From an uncultured Alphaproteobacteria bacterium (GTDB taxonomy: Bacteria > Pseudomonadota > Alphaproteobacteria > Rs-D84), in NCBI GenBank assembly GCA_944389345.1, contig CALXMA010000002.1, positions 75,406 to 139,405 of the forward strand: a stretch of DNA of 64,000 nucleotides, read 5' to 3'. The notes below the pieces were generated by a model, which worked only from the letters and a program-made list of their open reading frames with translations, was not told the DNA's origin and ran no database searches. Of this stretch, positions 28,820 to 35,275 are shown piece by piece; the stretch's first letter is position 1, and each line of letters starts with the position of its first letter. Made by a program: the position numbers and the translations under genes.

Positions 28820-29149
28820 ATGAAAAACAAAGCAATTAAAATCGGAATTATCGCAAGTATATTACCACATCTGTTTTGCTGTGTATTGCCCATAACGTTG
28901 GCGGTTATCGGGTTGTTCGCACCAGAATTTGCACACGCGGAATTTATACCGCACTGGATAGAACCATGGCTGTTTGTATTTTCGGCGATTATGCTGGCGA
29001 TTTCTTGGTATCTGGTATACCGGGATTGTCATTGTGAATGCAATCACTGTCATGGTGCGCACAATCATAAATCGCAAAAAATTTTCATGATAATAATAAC
29101 TGTTTTCTTTGTAATCAGTATTATTTTACACGCAATGGCACACCATTAA
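28820..29149 (+). CDS. Small Cys/His-rich membrane protein, MerC-like (putative metal binding/transport)
   Basis: 109 aa, 3-4 TM helices. ILPHLFCCVLP motif in TM1, cytosolic or loop cluster CHCECNHCHGAHNH, C-terminal HAMAHH. Confidence 0.45.
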   Translation: MKNKAIKIGIIASILPHLFCCVLPITLAVIGLFAPEFAHAEFIPHWIEPWLFVFSAIMLAISWYLVYRDCHCECNHCHGAHNHKSQKIFMIIITVFFVISIILHAMAHH

Positions 29150-29158
29150 AAAACACAT

Positions 29159-29189
29159 AAAAAACACCGGCAAATGCCGGTGTTTTTTA
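29159..29189. terminator. Bidirectional intrinsic terminator
   Basis: AAAAAACACCGGCAAATGCCGGTGTTTTTT between convergent genes. Confidence 0.8.
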
Positions 29190-30887
29190 TACAAATTTTT
29201 CCGGTATTAATTTCGTTATCCATTTTAACGTACGACGGAATATTGTGGTATCAGGACTGTGATGATACACACGCGGTTCGGTGTCGCCGGGACGACTGCC
29301 GGTCCAGACGGGGTCACCATCTTCCAGTGTCACACGCCAAGATGTTTGCGCATCACGCAATATCATTTCACGCAATTTATCGGCGAAATCACGACTTTCG
29401 AAAATCGCAACGTTTTCCGTGTTATAGTACGCACTGCGCGGGTCCAAATTAAAACTGCCTATCCACGAAATATCATCATCGAACACAATCGTTTTGCTGT
29501 GCAGAACAGAAAAACTGGACTGTTTACGTTCACGATCGTGTTCTTTGCCCCGCAGATTTTCCGCAGACAACATAAATTCGTAAACATCGGCGCCTGATTC
29601 TATTAACTGTTTCCGATATTTTTCCCATTTGGCATACACCGTCGGCGCATTCGTAGACGCCAACGAATTCGTGACAACCGTCATGTGCACACCGGATTTT
29701 TCTTCGCGCAACATGTGTTCCAAACCGCCCTGGCCCGGGACAAAGTACGCCGCCGACATATACACGGAATCATTGGTGCGATTCCACAGATGTTGCAAAG
29801 CCTGGATTATATCACCACGATATTCTTCTTTTTCGTCCATGGACATTTCAACCTTGGACGGTGGATCTGCCAAGAATTTCCCATACCCCCAACTGAAATC
29901 AAATTTTTTGTTTTTATATTCACGCTGGGCCCGGGAAATTATTTTATTATACGCCTTGGACTGTTCGGCACTTTCGCGTTCCAATTCCGCAAACTTGCAC
30001 TTCATTTTATTCAGCGCCTTTTCAGATTTAGCCTTGGGAAATACGGACGCCGGTATGGCCAAGTGATAATTCCAGTACTGGTCAAAACTGGCCGTTGCGT
30101 ACTTGGTCATATCACCAATGAACAAAACGTCTGTGTCAGAAAAATTCGATGCGGTTTCGGGATAGAAATAATTACTGCCCACGTTGCGACCGCCGGTTAT
30201 GTACGCAACATTATCCACAATAAACAGTTTGTTGTGCATTCTGGAATTCAATCGGTTGAAATCCAATAAAAACTGGGGGTAATACAGCAGACGTGAACGA
30301 TTTGCAACAGGGTTAAAAACCTTGACCTCTATATTCGGGTGCTGGTTCAACAGCATAACGTCAACAATGTCAGATTTAGTACCATAATCGTCCAGTAAAA
30401 TTCTGACCTTGACCCCGCGGTCGGCGGCACGTTTTAATTCCGCAATTAAAACCTTGGACGAAAAGTCATTACTGTAAATATAGGTCTGCAAATCAATCGT
30501 CTTGGTCGCCATACGCGCAAATGCCGCACGAATGACAAACGCAGACAGACCATCTTCGATTAATGTGGCGCCACTGATTTCCGTGTCTTTGGATAATTCT
30601 TGGGCATAACACTGGGCAATTGGGGTCTGCATGGGGTCATAGTTAAAATCGGACGCCGTAACCTTGGGCACATAGTCGGCCAAGCGTTCATCATGCACAG
30701 ACGTCGGTATCGTCGTACACCCCATGAATGGCAACGTAAATAAAAACAAAGATACACGCTTTACCAATGACAAATCTTTACCCTTTTTCCAGCGATTATA
30801 ATATAACATATCCCGGTTTGACAAGTCAAATTCATTAAAAAAGTTAACGATATAAGATTTCCGTCCCAGTCCCCAGATTTTTGGCAT
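29187..30887 (-). CDS. Phospholipase D superfamily protein with two HKD motifs, probable lipoprotein
   Basis: HKD boxes MHNKLFIVDNVAYITGGRNVG and LHSKTIVFDDDISWIGSFNLDPRS. N-terminal hydrophobic segment ...LFLFTLPFMGC. An alternative start at 30809 is possible. Confidence 0.85.
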   Translation of the reverse strand: MPKIWGLGRKSYIVNFFNEFDLSNRDMLYYNRWKKGKDLSLVKRVSLFLFTLPFMGCTTIPTSVHDERLADYVPKVTASDFNYDPMQTPIAQCYAQELSKDTEISGATLIEDGLSAFVIRAAFARMATKTIDLQTYIYSNDFSSKVLIAELKRAADRGVKVRILLDDYGTKSDIVDVMLLNQHPNIEVKVFNPVANRSRLLYYPQFLLDFNRLNSRMHNKLFIVDNVAYITGGRNVGSNYFYPETASNFSDTDVLFIGDMTKYATASFDQYWNYHLAIPASVFPKAKSEKALNKMKCKFAELERESAEQSKAYNKIISRAQREYKNKKFDFSWGYGKFLADPPSKVEMSMDEKEEYRGDIIQALQHLWNRTNDSVYMSAAYFVPGQGGLEHMLREEKSGVHMTVVTNSLASTNAPTVYAKWEKYRKQLIESGADVYEFMLSAENLRGKEHDRERKQSSFSVLHSKTIVFDDDISWIGSFNLDPRSAYYNTENVAIFESRDFADKLREMILRDAQTSWRVTLEDGDPVWTGSRPGDTEPRVYHHSPDTTIFRRTLKWITKLIPEKFV

Positions 30888-30929
30888 AAAACACTTGGAA
30901 TTTTTTAATATTTTTGTCTATTTTTTTGT

Positions 30930-30958
30930 TTGCGCAATTTTGCACAATATGATAAAAT
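30930..30958 (+). promoter_or_regulatory. Sigma70-like promoter for the 724-aa gene
   Basis: TTGCGC (30930-30935), 17 nt, TAAAAT (30953-30958). Confidence 0.4.
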
Positions 30959-30985
30959 TAGTTGTAATAGAAGGGAAGTTTTTTA

Positions 30986-33160
30986 ATGAAAAGATTGATT
31001 GCCGTAATTAGTGGATTGCTGGTTTTACCTGCATTTGCAGAGATTGCGCCCGCGTATTACTATGAAGAAATGATGGCGCAGTACGCTGACCAAATGCCGG
31101 AATCCGATATGGCGGTGGCGGAAACGGATGCTGAATCCGTTGACGATGCCGATGCCAGCGACGAAGTTGCAAAAACACCGGTGGTGCCGACGGCGGTCAG
31201 TCCACGAAATTCTAATGGTCGCGCGGCCGCATCACGCGCCGTTGCAACCGCGGGAACAACGTCCGGACGTAATGTCGCGTCCCGCACGGGTACAAATCAG
31301 AATATTGCACGCACGGTCAGCACACGTGGCACAACCGTAACCGCGGGGCGCACCACAACCACCACACCATCACGGTCGGCGGTTGCACGCAACACGGGCA
31401 CACGTACAACACGTGGCAACGCATCCACAACCGTGGCATCGCGCCCAACAACGACGGTTCGTTCTGCGTCTGTACAGACAACCCAGCAGACACCGGGTGT
31501 CACATCGCGTAATTCGACAAAGTCCGGCGGAAATACCGCACGTGCATCAATTGTTCAGACCGACACGGTTAATTCGCCACTGTATATCAGCAGTCGGATT
31601 GGCGTTTCTAATACTTCTAATGTCAGCACGCGCGTGCCAACAATTCGCGTTGGTTCTGCGACAACATCTTCAACGACAACCGCAACAGAAACAACGTCTG
31701 CGACAACAACGGCGTCTATTGACGAATTGGCCCAATTGACCGATTATTGCAAGGCCCAATACGTCGCATGTATGGATAATTTCTGTAATGTTCTGGACGA
31801 TAACCAGGGCCGGTGCAGTTGCAGTGCCAATTTGTCTAACTATGCCGAAACAGAAGAGGCATTAAAGCAAGCCACCGAAGATTTACAGGATGTCGCATTA
31901 CAAATTCAATATATCGGTTTGACCGCAGACGAAGTGGAAACTTTGTTCACCCAGACCGAGGCGGAATTAGAAATGCAGACATCGTCTGATAACAGCCAAT
32001 TAAGAAACGATTTGGACAAGATTAAAAATATGATTATCGATGTAAAGAGCGGAACACCGTCGTCTGATGCATCGATGCAGTTTGATTTGTCCGGGTTGTT
32101 AGAATTCACTATCGACAGTACTGGGTTCGATTTGTCCACGTTATTCGGCATGACCAGCCAGAACGACAGTATCAGCAACCAGCGTGGCGAACAGTTATAC
32201 AAAACGGCAACCGCACGTTGCAAGGCCGCGGTTCTGAACAGTTGCGCCGCCCAGGGTGTCGATACCAGCATTATTACAAATTCGTATGACCTGGAAATCG
32301 ACAAGGCATGTATCGCATATGAACGCAGTTTGACCGATTCCAACGAACAGATGTCGTCCACCGTCCGCAACGCCAAGGCCGTGTTGCAACGCGCACGTCT
32401 GTTGGTGGCACAGCAAAAGAACACGTATGACCTGCGTGGATGCGTAAACGCATTGGATACATGTATGCAGGACGATTTCGTATGTGGCGACGATTATGAA
32501 AACTGTCTGGATCCGACCGGTAAATACATCGTTAATGGCGATGTCGTCGTCGGCAGTAAGCCAGGCGCGCCGGGATATGACGATGCCCCGATTTATGACA
32601 CGTGGGATTATACCGACGAGAGCACATCCAAAAACGCGTGGGGTATGGGCACCGAAGGTGATTTAAGTGGATATATCGCCGCGACCGTCAAAGAATCTGC
32701 ACCAGTTGCAACGTCTGTGAATATGTCCGAATTCTTGCAGAACAAAATCGGGTATCACGATGACGATACCGGACGCGATTTCGGTATGTGTATGTCTGTG
32801 CTGAACAGATGTCAAGACGTGACCTATACCGGTACGGGCCAAAACAAGAAATATAATCCGACAAACAACGTGATTAAGGAATTCTTGAACCGTACATTGG
32901 TACAGATTAAATCGTCCCAAGATACAATCTTGGCCGATTACGCAGAAAACTGCATTTTGGACGTTGCGTCGTGTCTGGCCCAGAACAATTATGACGAAGA
33001 CGAAAATACTGGCGACACGTTGTCCAGTGGTAACAAATTGGCCATCAAGGCATGTAATCCAATTATCACATCGTGTATGAGTGTTAACGATGTTGATGGT
33101 GTCGCGTCAACCGAAGATTTGACCGCAGACGAATGGATTATGCAAATTATGGATGATTAA
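30986..33160 (+). CDS. Secreted protein: basic T/S/R-rich disordered region plus Cys-rich (recurrent C-x6-C) domain, unknown function
   Basis: RBS GAAGGGAAG. Signal peptide MKRLIAVISGLLVLPAFA. Low-complexity segment from ~aa 60 to 250. 18 Cys in the C-terminal ~470 aa, 7 of the pairs spaced C-x6-C. Confidence 0.7.
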   Translation: MKRLIAVISGLLVLPAFAEIAPAYYYEEMMAQYADQMPESDMAVAETDAESVDDADASDEVAKTPVVPTAVSPRNSNGRAAASRAVATAGTTSGRNVASRTGTNQNIARTVSTRGTTVTAGRTTTTTPSRSAVARNTGTRTTRGNASTTVASRPTTTVRSASVQTTQQTPGVTSRNSTKSGGNTARASIVQTDTVNSPLYISSRIGVSNTSNVSTRVPTIRVGSATTSSTTTATETTSATTTASIDELAQLTDYCKAQYVACMDNFCNVLDDNQGRCSCSANLSNYAETEEALKQATEDLQDVALQIQYIGLTADEVETLFTQTEAELEMQTSSDNSQLRNDLDKIKNMIIDVKSGTPSSDASMQFDLSGLLEFTIDSTGFDLSTLFGMTSQNDSISNQRGEQLYKTATARCKAAVLNSCAAQGVDTSIITNSYDLEIDKACIAYERSLTDSNEQMSSTVRNAKAVLQRARLLVAQQKNTYDLRGCVNALDTCMQDDFVCGDDYENCLDPTGKYIVNGDVVVGSKPGAPGYDDAPIYDTWDYTDESTSKNAWGMGTEGDLSGYIAATVKESAPVATSVNMSEFLQNKIGYHDDDTGRDFGMCMSVLNRCQDVTYTGTGQNKKYNPTNNVIKEFLNRTLVQIKSSQDTILADYAENCILDVASCLAQNNYDEDENTGDTLSSGNKLAIKACNPIITSCMSVNDVDGVASTEDLTADEWIMQIMDD

Positions 33161-33164
33161 AACA

Positions 33165-33190
33165 AAACGCCCCGTTTGGGGCGTTTTTTT
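33165..33190 (+). terminator. Intrinsic terminator after the 724-aa gene
   Basis: AACGCCCCGTTTGGGGCGTTTTTTT. A second weaker hairpin plus T-run lies at ~33224-33250. Confidence 0.85.
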
Positions 33191-33549
33191 ATTTACATCC
33201 GTTGTATTTATTTATATCCGTGGCATCCGCACAATGTGCGGGTTTATTTTTATCCAATCGTCGCAATAACCGCGATTATTTTGTGGCCTTCATAATTTTA
33301 ATGCACACATAATACACGGCGCACGGTTAAATGCACAATGTCATGATGATGTAATACCCACGACGTAATGGCGGGAATGTATCTGGGATAACAGATGTTT
33401 TGTGTGATGCCCGTGAATACAATGACACAAACCGCCAACCAAGATTTATAATTATACGTATATGTGCATTATTACCCCGCCCCATTTGGCGTAATCCGCA
33501 CAAATGTGGTGTACATAAAAACCGCCGGCACGCATCAGGGACAACCAAA

Positions 33550-33738
33550 CTATTCAATTGGTTTGCGTATCGCATCGACCAGCATTATTAATTGGAATAT
33601 TGTTAAGCGCGAATGTGTGCGAATAATATGGTCATATTCTGGTTCATCTATTCCCAATATATTACACATCGCATAAACAGGTATACTCAAATCGCAACGC
33701 AATTTTTCTAAATCATAATTCCGGTTATTATCAGTCAT
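33550..33738 (-). CDS. Small XRE-like helix-turn-helix protein (62 aa)
   Basis: ATG at 33738 (MTDNNRNYDLEKLRCDLSIPVYAMCNILGIDEPEYDHIIRTHSRLTIFQLIMLVDAI...). The pattern resembles an HTH_XRE core. Weak SD GGTGAT. Confidence 0.4.
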   Translation of the reverse strand: MTDNNRNYDLEKLRCDLSIPVYAMCNILGIDEPEYDHIIRTHSRLTIFQLIMLVDAIRKPIE

Positions 33739-33756
33739 ATCATCACCATAATATAC

Positions 33757-33925
33757 AATAAAAACCACCAGAACATAATTCAAGTGGTTGGAGGTTAAGA
33801 GCTATAATAGAGTATAGCGGGCTTATTCATTATATTCGCCACCCTCCAACCAGGATTGGAGTTTTTTGACCTTTGGGTCCTCTATTGGGGCTCTTAATCC
33901 CCGCCACGGCAACACACCGTCGCAA
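33757..33925 (-). promoter_or_regulatory. Candidate structured 5' leader RNA (4-way junction plus antiterminator/terminator alternatives)
   Basis: Manual pairing on the minus strand.
H1: 33897-33890 with 33802-33795 (8 bp).
H2: 33886-33880 with 33812-33806 (7 bp).
Hairpins: 33879-33868, 33861-33844, 33842-33814.
Alternative 10-bp helix: 33852-33843 with 33794-33785.
Terminator-like stem: 33789-33783 with 33769-33763, followed by a U-run. Confidence 0.4.
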
Positions 33926-33930
33926 GTGCG

Positions 33931-33959
33931 ATTATAACATTTCAAAAATATAATTGCAA
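33931..33959 (-). promoter_or_regulatory. Near-consensus sigma70 promoter driving the structured leader / XRE-like gene
   Basis: Minus strand TTGCAA (33959-33954), 17 nt, TATAAT (33936-33931). Confidence 0.55.
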
Positions 33960-34004
33960 ATTTTTAGCCCGTCCATACACAAACAAGCAAACTTAACAAG
34001 AATG

Positions 34005-34451
34005 TTAGGAAATTACCAAATTTGGCCGGGTTGCACGCAAGTTATTCAGGGACCGTTCCTGGGCCACGCGGAATGCGTCGGGATTCCAAATTTGAAAACT
34101 GGTCCCGCGACCAACAAAAACCGCACGTTCCGTAATGCCCGCATGTTTTAATAAATCATTCGGAATTACTATACGTCCCGCAACATCAAATGCCAATGGG
34201 CGCGCGTCCGCAAACAGCATCGCAGACAAATCGTCCAATTCACTGTCAAAAACACCCATTTTATCCGTTGCAGCCGCCATCTGTTCCATACGGGACATAG
34301 ACAATCCTTCGATGCAATTGTGGGTAAACGAACGATACAAAACAACGCCGGCAAATTTTTCACCAGAAACCGAAGCCCGGAAAGAAGCCGGAACAGATAT
34401 ACGCCCCTTGGTATCCAAACGATTTTCATAAGATGAGAGAAACAATGACAT
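34005..34451 (-). CDS. mraZ: Transcriptional regulator MraZ (orphan copy, not followed by rsmH)
   Basis: 148 aa from MSLFLSSYENRLDTKGRISVPASFR. Second half-domain FDVAGRIVIPNDLLKHAGI. This is the typical duplicated MraZ/SpoVT-AbrB motif. Confidence 0.85.
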   Translation of the reverse strand: MSLFLSSYENRLDTKGRISVPASFRASVSGEKFAGVVLYRSFTHNCIEGLSMSRMEQMAAATDKMGVFDSELDDLSAMLFADARPLAFDVAGRIVIPNDLLKHAGITERAVFVGRGTSFQIWNPDAFRVAQERSLNNLRATRPNLVIS

Positions 34452-34504
34452 TTTCAGCCTTTGTTCGGGCACCTGCCCGCCCCCTTTCCTGTGACTTCGT
34501 AAAA

Positions 34505-34567
34505 AATTTAGCACGCCATTTTATGGTTGTCAATGACATTTTATAATTATTTTATGGTATTTTATGA
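34505..34567 (-). promoter_or_regulatory. mraZ promoter with four phased (C)ATAAAAT direct repeats (putative MraZ operator)
   Basis: Minus strand TTGACA (34533-34528), 17 nt, TAAATT (34510-34505). Repeats at 34559-34567, 34549-34557, 34538-34546 and 34518-34526 (spacing 10, 11, 20 nt). Confidence 0.5.
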
Positions 34568-34624
34568 CACCATATGTAAAACACATATATTTTGAAATAA
34601 ATTTTATATATTTGCATTTTGTGC

Positions 34625-34654
34625 TTGACCTGCGATTCGTTTTTGTTCTAAGAT
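34625..34654 (+). promoter_or_regulatory. Sigma70-like promoter for the 34830 gene (long 5' UTR)
   Basis: TTGACC (34625-34630), 18 nt, TAAGAT (34649-34654). This would give a ~170-nt leader. Confidence 0.4.
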
Positions 34655-34829
34655 GTTTGTATAGACAAGGAGAAAAAGATAAAAAGTCCCAGATTTCCGC
34701 GAAAAACACGGTTTTCTGGCGAAAACAACAATTAAACAGAAATTTCAATTTTGATTTTTGTAAATACTGTTGTACATACAAAATCTGGGTTGATTTTTCA
34801 ACACAACACCCAAAAAGGAGGGACCGCAA

Positions 34830-35159
34830 ATGCCAAAATCAATCAAAGAAATCATGATAGCCCTGAACCAAGTATTGACCACGACTGTTTGGGTGAATGA
34901 AGATCGCCAGATTATTTCTTTGGCCGACGAATTACAGATTGGACACAACAACGCACCACGTTCTATCGAAGATTTGCCACGTGCATCCCTGGTCGGCGCA
35001 TATGTTTCATTGCAAATTCGCACAGATAATTTTGACGTCGCCGCGGAAACCATGGAAACCAAGGTATTGGCATTGCGGGTAAAAGAAATGGTATTTGCCG
35101 AGGCTAAAAAGATTATGGATTCCGCCAGTACAGGCGCACATGTCGCACGCGCGGCGTAA
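34830..35159 (+). CDS. Hypothetical protein (109 aa)
   Basis: Strong RBS AAAGGAGGG 7 nt upstream of the ATG. Ends before a strong terminator. No recognised domain. Confidence 0.6.
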   Translation: MPKSIKEIMIALNQVLTTTVWVNEDRQIISLADELQIGHNNAPRSIEDLPRASLVGAYVSLQIRTDNFDVAAETMETKVLALRVKEMVFAEAKKIMDSASTGAHVARAA

Positions 35160-35223
35160 TCAATTGGCGCGCGGTCAATTGCGTCATATCACAGTTTCTG
35201 GGAAACCAGAAGGAGGGGAGAAA

Positions 35224-35255
35224 TCACCGGCAAGTAATTGCCGGTGGTTTATTTT
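35224..35255. terminator. Bidirectional intrinsic terminator
   Basis: CACCGGCAAGTAATTGCCGGTGGTTTATTTT between convergent genes. Confidence 0.8.
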
Positions 35256-35275
35256 ATATTGTTAATCGCACATTA

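Noticed and set aside
28639-28893. 84-aa minus-strand ORF
   Set aside because: It is antisense to tRNA-Arg(CCU) and to the start of the MerC-like gene, with a typical tRNA-derived peptide. Artefact.
31060-31739. Four overlapping ORFs on both strands within the 724-aa gene
   Set aside because: They arise from the GC-rich, low-complexity T/S/R-coding segment. The long frame with a signal peptide and terminator explains the region.
33844-33867. Plus-strand reading of CTCCAACCAGGATTGGAG + T6 as a rho-independent terminator or sRNA end
   Set aside because: There is no plus-strand gene or promoter upstream that is not already terminated (two terminators lie at 33165-33250). The G.U pairs and the consensus promoter favour the minus-strand leader. 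I kept this only as an alternative within the leader finding.
33862-33886. AGAGGACCCAAAGGUCAAAAAACU resembles a preQ1-I riboswitch (hairpin plus A-rich tail)
   Set aside because: The loop is only 4 nt, and the conserved loop and tail nucleotides of preQ1-I are absent.
33881-33907. GGGGCTCTTAATCCCCGCCA looks like a T-arm plus NCCA 3' end (tRNA/tmRNA fragment, possible att site)
   Set aside because: There is no 7-bp acceptor strand between the stem and CCA, no matching 5' strand, and no similarity to the 3' end of tRNA-Arg. The stem is better explained as part of the leader structure.
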